NCBI GenBank assembly: GCA_002245135.1
Contig: NGBS01000003.1
Location: 310,001 to 374,000 of the forward strand
DNA length: 64,000 bases
Source: Proteromonas lacertae
Lineage: Eukaryota
Reading direction: 5' to 3'
Every line of letters starts with the position of its first letter. The first letter of the stretch is position 1. Below the pieces are notes generated by a model. It saw only the letters and a list, made by a program, of their open reading frames with translations. It was not told the origin of the DNA and made no database searches. Below are positions 1 to 13,100 of this stretch, one piece after another. The translations under genes and the position numbers were made by a program.

Positions 1-1858
1 TTTCAAATTCATTTCTTCCACTTCAGCATTCTTTTCATTTAATGTGTTAGAAATATCCTCATGTTGTTGAACATAATTATTATATTGCGCACTTAGTTCA
101 TCTCTTTCTATTCGCACTTGCTCATATTTTGTTTCAAATATTTTGTTCTTTTCTTCATTTACCTATTATTTTATAATAATAACAATATAAATATAATACT
201 TTTAGAGCATTTACTTCTTGTTCAATAGCTTTATAATCAACTTGCATTTTTTCATACTGAGCTTTCATTTGATTGTATATGATTTGAGTATCATTATACT
301 GTTGATCTTTCACTTTATATTCTTCAATAGTTTCATTTAATTCTCTCATTTTATTCACTCTTTTTTCTCTTTCATATTCATATGATTTTATTTGAGCAAC
401 TAATTCTCCATTTTCTTTTTCTAATTTTTGAATTTTATCTGTGAATTTTCTTCTTGATTCTTCATGTGTTTTTAAAGCAGAATCAAGTTGATTTTCAAGC
501 TAAAAAGAAAAGTAAAATAATAATAATATATACATCAGCATTTTGAGATTGTAAATCCTGTTGCATTCTATCATTTTCTTGTTGTAATTGCTGTATTTGA
601 GTATGTAATGAATTCTATAGAAATGATTAATTCATAAAATTATACTATATTTTTACTCTTTGTAGAATCACTATTTTGTTTATCAGAGTTTAATAATTCA
701 ATCTAAAATAATAAATACATTCATAAATAATATAATATTATACATCATTTTGAAGTATAGCACACTGTTTCTTCAATTCTCTTACTTGATTCTCTAAATC
801 TCCATTTCTACTGTTAAGATCTTCAATTTCATCATCTTTTTCTTCTAATTGGCTTTGAAATGCAGTTGAACTATTTAAAAAATATATATAAATATAAATA
901 AAAATACCTTTGTGAAATATTTTTTAACTTTTCAATCATATCTCTTGCACTTTTTAATTGATATTTTAATTCTCTATTTTCTAATTCTATTTTCTGCATT
1001 TGGTTATTCAATCTTTGTTTTTCTAAAGGATCATCACCATTATTATTACTAGATGATGCTGCCGTTCTTGTTGATCTAGATGTCTTCTTTGGTGAATCAA
1101 AATCATCTTCCATTTCATCTAATTCGTTGTTTATTTCTTCTTTACTTTCGCTCAATTTTGATTCACTTCTTAAACTATATATAAATGACTAGAAATATAT
1201 ATACGCTTCACTTATTTTTGATTCTCTTTTACTTGATGAAGATTTTCCTCCACTTCTTCCACCTAATTCTTTTGCTGAATTCAATTTCCTTTGTAATACG
1301 ATTTTTTCACTTTCTAATGTTTTCACTTTCTCTTCAAGTTCTTCTCGAGTTAGAGGACGAAATCTAATTGGACCACCAGTTGTAGCTTTAATGATTTCTT
1401 TGTTTAATTCTTCTGTTGTTGAATAAACCTTCTTTGATAATAGTATGCTTTTTAAAACATCTATTTTTAATTCCAACTGTATACAAATACTAATAATATT
1501 TAGAATATACGTTTCTTCTAAGCATAATAGCTTGTTTTATTCTTGGAGCACTTTCTAATCCTTGTTCTTTTTCTTTTTCCAATGCATCTATTTTTTCTTG
1601 AAGTTTTGTTCTTTCAACACTATATTTCTTTCTTAGATTTATTATATCTTCTTGTGAAGTTGTTGAACTTGGTGCTTTTATTTTTAAATTCTCTACAGTA
1701 AGTTGTCTATTTTGTTCCTAGTGAGTATTAGATTGTCTTTAATACTTCTAACTTTGATATTTTGTCTTGAAGCATTTTAATTTTATCATCAGTGTCTTTT
1801 CCTCTACTAACAAAATAAAATTTTATATATACGATGATTTAGCTCTTGCACTCTTCAT
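1..1858 (-). CDS. Coiled-coil protein, multi-exon, runs off the window start
   Basis: ATG at 1858 (MKSARAKS). Short GT-AG introns join ORFs 1189-1476, 871-1155 and 155-358. Heptad-like E/K/Q/L-rich sequence. Confidence 0.7.
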
Positions 1859-2388
1859 AATTCATAAAAACAGAAAACAGAAAGCTTGAAATAGGTTTGA
1901 TTTTTAAAAATGTTATAGACAGTGAATGGTTTAAAAATTATAGAATACAAAATTGCGGTTATGAAATAATCATTTAGATATTATGTAGTGTAATAAATAG
2001 TAGGATGTGTGTGTTTATTCTATTATTCTAACATCCTAGAATGTGTTAAAATTAGAATTTTGCTATATTTCTTATTTTATAACACTTTGAAACAAAATTT
2101 GGAGTTATTATCATAATAGTAAGCATTTATAACATTTTACTGAATAGCATGGATTAAAAATACTGTGAATAATATAGAGTCATCAATATAAAGCAATTGA
2201 CACCCTAAAATAAAACATCAAATATATAATTCTAATTTAAATAATTTATTATAATATTGTTTCAATTTATGCATACAGCTCTATAGTCATCACCCAATAC
2301 ATACATTGGTTAGTAACACTCATCAGTATATAGCTTGCTGAATGAAGTTGATTCAACTAACCTGAAACGCGTCATATTTTCATCCAAA

Positions 2389-5300
2389 ATGATTTTTAGA
2401 TTTTTCTTCCTATTCTGTATGTATACGATCATTTCTAATGTTTATAGTGCTTTGTTTGACCATCATACAGTGCCAGGATGAGTCAACCTTCAGTTACACT
2501 GACAATACTCCTTCATACATTGTTGGAACTGAAATAACTGAGAACAAACCGGTTGATGTAGGTACTGGAGCTTATACTCTCCAACCAAAATTCAGTAGAG
2601 GTTTAAAATTAGACGAAAAGACAGGTATTATTACTGGAACCCCCATTGAGGAATACCAAGGTGATTTTACAGTAACATTTACTGGATACTAACACACAAT
2701 CAACAAAAGTCAGCGTTCTTAAGATAAAAAGTATATATATTCCAGTTACTTTCTAGTATGGGATAAACCAACTAATCTTAACTGTGGATTTAGTAAGCTT
2801 ATTGCGTCTACATCACTCTCAGATACATATACTTGTAAAAGTGATAAAAAAGCGTCAGAATTCAGTGTAGATGGCTGGAACGGGTGTGTCAATAACAAAT
2901 GAAGGAGTTTTATCATTTGCATCATACAGTATAGTTGGTGACAATATTGTGACAGTCACAGCTAGCAATGTTGCAGGCAATTTCAGTCAATCATATACAG
3001 TAACAATAAAACAAGGAAGTGAACCAAAGAACGAGGTAAAAATGACTGTTTATTATACATACCTATATGGATTGCATATCATCTGAAGAAGATATTAAAG
3101 CCAAAATAACTAGAACACAAGAAGTTTTATTAGCACAATATGAATTGGATGGTGATATAGCTTTTGGAATTCAATTTAAATTTAATATATTCTATTATGG
3201 AGCATATGTTATAGAAGGATATACATACTTTGATACTGTAGGTGAACATATAATATATCGATGATATTGATGGACTTAGTCAAATTTGGCTTGATGATAA
3301 ATTAATAATAGATGCTACAGATTCAGTTCATCAATCATTTACTAGTCCTATTAAAGCTACATATAATGTAGAGAGTGCAGGTTATGTTAAGATTAAAGTA
3401 ATGGGATTTTTAGGAAGTGTTGTTAGTTGTGGTAGTGGAAATGGTAGAATCCTTTTCAAATATTCAAAACCAGGAAGTCCTTCTCAATTATCTTTTAAAT
3501 TTTATCAAAGTATAACTATTAATTTATATATATATTGATTATAGTGGATATGACTTATACTCCAGTAATTGGTTTATCATTTGATAATGATGTTACTCAT
3601 CAACCAATAAGTACTTCAATCATTATTCCATTCCATTTTATAAAAGGTTCTGCTACTCAATGTACTTCAGACAAACCATTACCAAACGGATTAGAGTTTG
3701 AATATAGTACTAATATAATAGGTGGAATAGTTAATACAGCTATTGCAGAAGCTGAATATACAATAACATGTTCAAACGAATATAGTGTTACAAATGAAGC
3801 TAAGATTTCAATAGCAATAACTGGTATGTTTATATATTGTGTGTTTATATATATATTAGATTCATATGTTCAAGGATTGATTGGATATTACATGAAACCT
3901 GACAACTTTGATGCTAATACTGAATATACATCGACAAGTGAAAATGTTCAAACAGAGTTTATCAGAATTGATAAGAATATTACATTTCCTCTCAATACTT
4001 CAACTGTTCAATGGGAAGGATTAAACACTGATTTTGTGAAGAATTATGCTGTTTCATGGGTAGGTTATATTAAAATTGAAACAAAAGATTATATAAATGT
4101 TTTGTTATGTACATCTGGAGGTAGTGGATGGGTTTATGTTGATAATTCACTCAAAGTGAGATCTTATTCTAGTGGTGGTTGTTATTATGGTTTTTTTTAT
4201 GGTGAAGGTTATCATTCTATTAGATTGTCTTATTCTGCTGGTACTGGAGGAAGAGAATTTGTTTTTAAAGAATCAAAAAATAAATTTGATTTAACACCAA
4301 TGTATTATTATGTTCCAAATAAAAATTTTGAATATACTTATAACCAAGCTACTTATATAATCGATGTATCAATCAGTGCAAATGCTCCAGTACTTACAGA
4401 AGGAATAACAGTAAAATCATACGAAGCTGTAACAACTTTACCTTCAGGATTATCAGTTGATCCAACTTCTGGATTAATTACTGGTAAACCAACGGCAACA
4501 CAAGAGAGAAGAGGTTATCAAATTACTGCTACATTAAGTGATGATACAAAGATAACTACCACTATTTATATTATTGTTAATGGTATTAATTTCTTTTTTT
4601 TTTATTCAATAGAAATGGTTAAACCTCAAGGTATATTCCTTACTGATTTATCATCGTCATCATCAGACAAATTAACATCATTAACAATGCAATTAGGGAA
4701 ATTATATACTTATACAATTGGTGTTGAAACAGGAACAGCATTGAGCTTTTTAATTGATGATTTACCAAAAGGTTGTGTGTATGATAAAGTATTAAAGTTG
4801 ACATGTATTCCTAGTGAAGCAGGTGATAGTAATTTCACTATTAAAGCAGTAGCTGCTGATGGTTCAACTACACCAGAAGTAATAAAAGTAAATAACACAG
4901 CCATATGTGGTGATGGAAAGGTGTATCATACATATTCATTATACCATGACACCACTTATTATCAGTCTATTGATTATTCTATTACTGATATAGAAACAGG
5001 AAATGAATTAGTTCCAACTACAAATTATAGAATATCTCTAGGTTATATATACAAAGAGTTTGATGAAGCTGGAACATATGGAGGAGCATGTCAAACACCA
5101 GGAGAAATGTCAATTTCGTTGAAAACAAAACAAGGTACACCATATGATGTTACAATGAAAGTATATGCAGATGGAGAACTGGTTTTAGATTGGGTAGTTA
5201 AAAGTGTAATAGATACAACTTATTCAAAACTGATTAATACAAGTATAAAACATTCATATTTTAATAATTTGAATAGATCCTGTTTTACCACAATTAATTT

Positions 5301-8300
5301 ATCCTCAAACCTATTTTAGTCTTTTTGTTAATCAAAGAATATCAGTTATACCAAATAATAATCACACTGGTGTAGACTATTGTTCAATTTCTCCAAATAC
5401 TCTACCAGCTGGTATAGTATTTGAAACATCAGATTGTTCATTTAAAGGTATAACAACAGAAGGATTTAATAGAGTTAATTATACTATTATTGCGGTTAAT
5501 ACAATTGGAGCAACAGAATATAGTATATCAATTGCAGTTTCAAACATGACATATTCAGAAGGATGTGAATTAGAAAAGAAATCATTCCTAAAAGTATTAA
5601 TAGTTCCAGATAGTAATTATGTTAATAATATGGAGTTTTCTATATCACAAAAAGATGGTTCAAATATTCTCAGTTGGAATGGTAAAGATATGACGGAATC
5701 AAAATATGAATATGAATATTGTGTAGGTCAAGGTTATTATACATCCAACAGAAAAGATGTATCAAGTGATTTATTAGGTTGGGGAAGTGGTTATGTTGAA
5801 TTGTTTTTATATAACACTCCAATTGGTAGATACAGTGTAATAAAAGGAAGTGAAGGTTCTAGTCAAGATCATTATTTATCATATGTTTATGGATCAAGTG
5901 ATGATTGGTCTTATTCAATTAATTATGAAAACAATTGGAATAGTAACTTAGTTACCACTGATACTTGGCCAAAAAGTAAATTAAACGAATTGAATAAAGT
6001 GGTAAGTGGAGATGTTGTGTATTTAAGACAGATTAAGACTTTTGGAGATCAAGAAAAGTATAGTTCATTTTACATTAGAATCAGTCATAGAAGTGGTATT
6101 ATATTCTATATTAATGGTAAACAGTATTACACAGCAAATATGAATGGAAATGTTTGTACAACTGCATTTAATGATATTAAAGATATAGAATTCATATTAC
6201 CAGTGTCATTATTAGAAGAACAAACAACATCATTGGCAGTTGAATTACATAGATGTTCAAATGAGAATAATTTCCCAGAAATTAAGTTTTATATGGTTGA
6301 ATTAGAAGGAGACAATAAAGATGATTGTACTATATTGAACTTATATCAGTCAAATGTTGTTCCAGCTGATGCTTCTACTGGATTTGATATGGTTCAAGGA
6401 TCTTTATGGCAAACATATCCTGGTTCATCTGCTTCAATGAATTTTGATGAAAAAACTCATGTCTACTTCAATCAGTTTAGTATTCAAATGAAGAATGCAA
6501 CAGAGAATTCAGTTAAGAGAATACAGTTAGATGGTATTGAGAGTGGTGATAGTACATCATCATTAAAATTATTATCTATTTTTGATGATATTAGTTATTC
6601 AAAGAATACAGATAAAGTAGTCTATCCTGATTATAATATTACAGCAAATTATAAATCAGTCAAAGTGACAATATCTGAGACAAATCCATCAGGAAATATA
6701 GCTGATATTAGAGATATAGGAATTCATTTATGCGCTGTTAGATATTGTCCAGCAAATACTCAATATGGACTTCCAACTGCTGTATCTGGAACAATAGTGA
6801 ATATAACTTGTATTAATCCAGCTGATGGTGCAAAAGAGTTCATTTGTCCAAATGAAAGATCACCAAAATGGAGATTAAATCATGATAGTCCTTGTAAAGA
6901 AGCTCCAGTTCTTATTTATAAAGAGGATGAAGTTAACTTTACAGCTGGTAATGCAATTGATGCTAAATTATTTGAAGTTGATGGATATGATATTACTTAT
7001 GAAATGCAAACAGAAATTCCTGGTGTAATTATCAATAAAAAGACTGGTGAAATAAGAGGAACACCATATGAAGTAAAAGAATATAATTGTATATTCCTAG
7101 CTAAAAACACTTTTAATCCAAGTGGATTAGTTATTATGGTAAATATTAAGATATTACCATCTTTAACTCCAGTGATTATGTGGATAAATGATACTATAAG
7201 TGTAACTGCAGGAATAGAGTTTAAATCAACTCAAATATTCTTTGTTATTGGTGAAGGATTATCAATAACTGCAAGGAATTTACCATCAGGTATAAAATTT
7301 GATGAAAAAACTCAAAGTATTAGTGGAACAACCAAACAAACTGGTGAAATAGAAGCAACATTTACATTTAAAACAACTAAAGATGAAATAAGCAGAATAG
7401 TGAAAATGGTATTACTACAACCTGATTATCCAATTATATTATCATCAACACCAAACCTTGCATTATATTTTGGCGAAACATATCCAAACAGTGATGTTTA
7501 TATTCAACCATTACAATGCTTGGGTAGAGATATAGTATATTCAAATGAAGGAACACTTCCAAAAGATTTAACGATTGATAGTGAAACAGGTGAATTGAAA
7601 GGAAAGATAGCTACAAACCAAACTGAAACAATGAATGTTGATTTTATATGTAAGAATACAAATAACACAGCAAAAGTAACTACTACATTTACATTATCTG
7701 AAGCTTCCTATCCAATATTAATCAATTCTATAAGTGTGATTGAAATGGTTATTGGTAAAGAATATAAAGACATTAAATTGTTTGAAATTACAGGAACAGC
7801 TACAAGATTTAGTTTAACTCCAAATACATTACCTGCTGGTTTAAAGTTTAATGAATTAAATGGTTTATTTAGTGGTTATGTTGTAAAAGAATCATCAAAT
7901 TTGAGTTATAAAATGACTATAATTGGTAATGGGAAGAATGTAGAATTTGATTTTTCAATTCATTTCATTAAATCATCTGAACCTCAAGTTCCAGATTCTT
8001 CAATTGTTGAAAGTCATTCATTTGAAGCTGGTGAATCAATCACTGGATTTCAATTGTTTGAAGTTATAGGAGATAATATTCAAATTGTTGTTACTCCAAA
8101 ATTACCTGAAGGTATAATATTCAATTCACAAAGTGCTGTTATGTATGGAAATTCTTTAGAAACTGTTGAATTAAGAGAATATACATTTGTTGTGAAAAAT
8201 CCACCATCAACAATTACTAAAACAATAAAAATCAAGTTGAGTTTTAATTCCATTAGTTGTCCTGCTGATGGTGGATTTCCTGCAACATCTGCTGTAGCTG

Positions 8301-8608
8301 GAGGTAAAGCTGTGTATATAACATGTCCAGGTGGTAAAAGTGGATATAAAATTAGAACATGCTATTTAATCGATGAACAACCAAAATGGAAATGGTCTGA
8401 TGTAAGAGATGATTGCACAACAAGTACAGGAGTAATTGCTGCAATAGTTATTGGTTCTATTGCTGGTTTAGTATTAATTGGATGTGTCATACTATTTTGC
8501 GTATTAAGAAGTGGAATGTTTACTAAAAGAGCAGTTTCTTCAACAATGCAAAAGAGATTGGCAGATGATAAGAAAGTAGCACTTGATGCAGGAAAAGTTC
8601 GTGTATAG
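2389..8608 (+). CDS. Large type I membrane surface protein: He_PIG-like Ig repeats, two PA14-like domains, Cys-rich HRM-like modules, C-terminal TM
   Basis: Signal peptide split by an intron (MIFRFFFLF/LLCLTIIQC). Repeated LPxGLxxDxxTGxIxGxP motifs. PA14-like YAVSWVGYIKI...WVYVDN. CPADGGFPAT...CPGG..G...RTC...W module. TM GVIAAIVIGSIAGLVLIGCVILF. Apparent frameshifts near 2686, 2870, 3065 and 3260. Confidence 0.8.
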
Positions 8609-8723
8609 TGAACATAAATATTATTATTATTGTATGTGATTGGCTTTAGTTATGTTTTTTTCGTGTTTTTAAAAAAGGATGTTTGATTCTGATTTGTAAC
8701 CTCTCATTTTTAAAATCGAAATT

Positions 8724-10141
8724 ATGAATATTACATCACCTGCCGACTATATTAGTCCAACAATTTTTCTAAAAAAGACTAATGTTAAATCATCTGGACA
8801 GTCAATTGCTCATGGTATTGAGACATTAAAGAAAATACTCTCGACTAGTGAAGTTCTTGGTAGAATTTCCATGTTTCAAAATTTATTAGTATTATATATT
8901 CAATATATACCATTCAAATAGAATTTTGCTAGTAAATATACTTATATCGACAGTTTTTGTTTGGATGTGAGAGATATATTTACTCGTGCTGAAATACAAG
9001 CAGTAACACAAATAGAAAAAGACGAAATCAGAAGATGCTATCAAGCTTTTTCAGATGAAATGCTTCATAGTGGAGTATGTCAATGGATCCAATGTTCAAG
9101 ATGCTTAAAATGGAGATCAATCCCAGTAGATGCAAATTTTGCTAATTTCTTCGGTAAGTGGGAGTGTAATTTAAACAAATGGGCTAATCCGCCAATGAGT
9201 TGTGATGTTCCTGAAGATATACCACCACCTGATAATAAGGATGAATTAATATTGGAATCAATCAGTAAAAGTTATGGTCCTATAAAATCAATCGATGATT
9301 TTGGAAATCTACTTAAAGAGACATGGGAATTGAATCAATTATCACCTAAAGCAACTGAATTTATGATAAACAATCAATATATTAATTTAATGGACTTTTA
9401 TTACACAGTACAGAGTTATAATGGTATTGATAATGTGAATGAAGATGATTGGATAGAAATCTATAGAAAAATTGTTCCAAACCTTGACTCGACTAATAAA
9501 AATAATAAAAATGATATTAATAACAAGTATAATGATAATAATGATCGTTTGCCAACGGAAGAAGAAGAAGATAATCATAATATAGAAGAATATATACTCA
9601 AATTAAAATCAATTTATAATACCTATTTACTACCACTTGAAATAAGAGAAAAATCAAAGACATTACAATTGCCATTATACCCATATAAATACCATTCTAA
9701 TTATTGTAGTAGTTGCAATAGTAATATCTCTATATATGACAATAAAGTAGAATGTTATTTATGTTCAGCATCTCAATGTATTGAGTGTTGTAATAGCGAT
9801 TATAAAGGTAAAGACAGTATTTGGTTATGTAATAAATGTCAAAATTTACAAGTTCCTTCTTGGAAAGGTGTTAATTTATGTCAAATATGCTTTCAACTCT
9901 GTGATAGAAGTAGTATTTCGACAATTAGTTGTACAAAGTGTAAAGGTATCTATCATAAAGCTTGTATTGCTGAATATAATGTAGGAGAGTATATATTTAT
10001 ATGTATATATGTTTTTATTCCCATAGGATAACTAATAATGATTCTGAATTTATTTGTTTTCAATGTGCTACACTTCCTGATGATTTTAATCCATCTTATG
10101 TGACAGATCCAAAAACTAAACAAGTAATATTTTATGCTTAA
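8724..10141 (+). CDS. Chromatin protein with zf-CW, ARID-like and PHD-finger domains
   Basis: CW finger WIQCSRCLKWRSIP...WECNLNKW...CDVPED. ARID-like INLMDFYYTVQSYNG...W...LKSIYNTYLLPLE. PHD CQIC...CTKC...YHKAC...FICFQC. Two short introns; TAA at 10139-10141. Confidence 0.8.
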
Positions 10142-10198
10142 TTGTTGTTCCATTTGTTTTTAAAAATAGAGTGAGTTTCTATTGTTTTAAATTTTAAA

Positions 10199-13100
10199 AT
10201 GAATTATCTCTTTATAACTCTTTTACTTTTATTTATAACTAATACTAATGGTGCAATTATATCAATAAGTTCTAATCAGCCGAAAATTGACAGTGAAACA
10301 TCAGCTACAGTGATATATTCAACTACAGATCAAAGGAATAGTATTTTATATATATTAATATTCATTTTAGCAACTGTTTGTTGTATGTATTTCCCAAGTA
10401 ATGACACAACTCCAAGAAGAGAGCAAATTACACAAAAAGGCCATACATTTGTATATTATTTTATTTAACGAGTATAGCATTTGGGGCCAAATGAAGATAC
10501 CACATTTACTTACACATCTTTGAAAGGTAGTGGTAAATACTATGTTTTTTGTTTGGAAGATACACCAGCTTTAACTGATGAAGATATTAAAAATACTCAG
10601 CACATTATATATACACGTATTAATACATAATTATTCATGTATTATAGTTACATCCACACCAATTCCAAATAATCATTATATATTATATTACAGAATCACT
10701 TTACGATGGAAAGATCCATTATCTAATACAAATCCAATCCAAAAATATCTACTTTCAGAAGGAAAAGAATGTCCAACATTATCAAAGTTTGACTATGAAT
10801 ATAACAAAACAACAAGCTACCACAGAAATACAATCATATCAACACTTATTCGAGAATCTAAAATCAAAAAGAACCTATAATTACTCAATAGTCGCAATTA
10901 CATACACGGATACAAATATACCCATATATAGTAAGTGTTTGAATATCACTATAACCACACCAGTAGGTCCACCAGATCCAGTGACTGAATTAATCTGTAT
11001 TGTAACATCCTACAGTATCTATTTAGAATGGAATGAACCGTATGATGGTGGTTCTAAGTTATTGCGTTATGAATTGGAATATAAAGTAAATAGTGAATAT
11101 GTTAGTGATATATATGAGAAAACTATATATTATCCATTTAATAGCACAACAATAAGAGATAATACCATTGTCCCCTATACGGAATATTATATTAAAATTG
11201 TAGTTTTTAATACATATGGTCCTAGTTTAATGAATAGTACAATTTGTAGAACTTTACCAACAGGTATGATTATTTATTTTATATATATATATAGTTCCTC
11301 AACCAGCCAAGATATTATCTGAATTAATAACCAATACAACAATCTCAATCGATTGGATTCCTAGTTCAAATACGGGAGGTATTCCAGTTAGAAGGATATA
11401 TTATAATTGTATATGAAAATGGAGTGAGAATGGATAATGAAATAATCAATATAACTCAACCCAATGTTCATTCATATTTATACACAAATCTAAAACGAGG
11501 ATCAACTTATGAGTTTTCAATAATATCAGTAAATGACTATGGAAATAGTTATGAAAGCAGTAAAACTGATCCAATCACGATAGAAGTACCATTGCCACCA
11601 AATATATTGACATGCAATGCAATTGATAGAAATTCATTGAGTGTAGATTGGAATAAACCAAATAGATTGAGATATGAACCATATGCTGATAAATATATAT
11701 TAAAATATGCAATTAAAGATGACACAATTTATACAGAGACTGATGAAATTAATAATAACAATATTCAAATCAATTATATCATAACAAACTTAGAGATTGG
11801 AATGAATTATTCAATTAATATTAAATCAGGAAATATTATCGGATATGGTAATTATTCTATTACAATTTACTGTCAAACATTCAGTGGTCCTCCACCTCCA
11901 CCAACAATAACAGATGCTATACAAATAATTGACAGTAATGGTGATAATAATTGTTATAATATAACTTGGATTCATGATTATAAACAATATGGTATTTATT
12001 TTGAAATTGATTATTATATTTTAACCATAAACATTGAAAATTCACCTGATCCAATAAACATCACTACCCAGGATGATAATACATATGCAATTACCTGCGA
12101 ATTAAAAGGAAATAGAAATTATAAACTACAAGTAAAAGGTGTATGTGTTGGTGGTAATGAACAGACAGGTGATTCGAATATATATGATTTAACCACTGAT
12201 CCAATGAAACCTGATCCTGTAGAGATGTTGAAGAGAATATATCCTGGTCATTATTCAGAAGTATTTCAATATCCACCACCTTATGATAATGGTGATGAAA
12301 TTACGCAGTATTATATATATATTGAGAATCTAATTACCTCTAAAATGGTATATATTAATAGCACAAAAGGTTTATATAATAATTTATACATATATCCATA
12401 TTGGAACTTACAAATAGATGGATTTTTTCCAGGAAAGAAATATCGTTTAAAGTTATTTGCTGAAAATGATTATGGCATAAGTGATGAAGGAGATCAATTG
12501 GAGTTTACAGCAATGTCTACTCCACCTGAACCACCAACTAATATTGTAGTTAATTTTATGGATAGTAATAAAGTGAATATCAGTTGGAATGAACCATACA
12601 ACAATGGTATGCCTGATATTAGATTATACACTGTATTACTATAATACAAGTGTATTTCTGTATTTGGATAAAATCAATGTTAAATATTATGAATGTGATA
12701 TAAGTTCATTTAATTATGATAAATATATATTTGGTGTTAAAGCTAGAAATAGTGAAGGATATAGTCAACTATCAACTTCAGATGAAATACCATCAACAAT
12801 ACAAAGTATATAATATATATATATATTTAATATTAATAGAGCCAAATATCTGTAATAATCCAACAGTCACCTATATTGAACCGAATATAGTGATAAAATG
12901 GAGTAAACCATACGATACACTCGTATCAACGTATTTGATAATACCAAATTATAATCCTAATCAATATTATGTCACTACAGATACAATCTATTCAATACCA
13001 TTAGATGATATATTGACTGTAACAAATGGTGAAGTTAACTTTACACTAGTTGAGATAAACTATTTAGGAAATACTAGTTGTATTTCACAATCAATATCAC

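Noticed and set aside
2290..2370. CTGATGA motif and small hairpins as a hammerhead ribozyme or C/D snoRNA
   Set aside because: No correctly placed GAAA and stems, and no paired D box, on the same strand.
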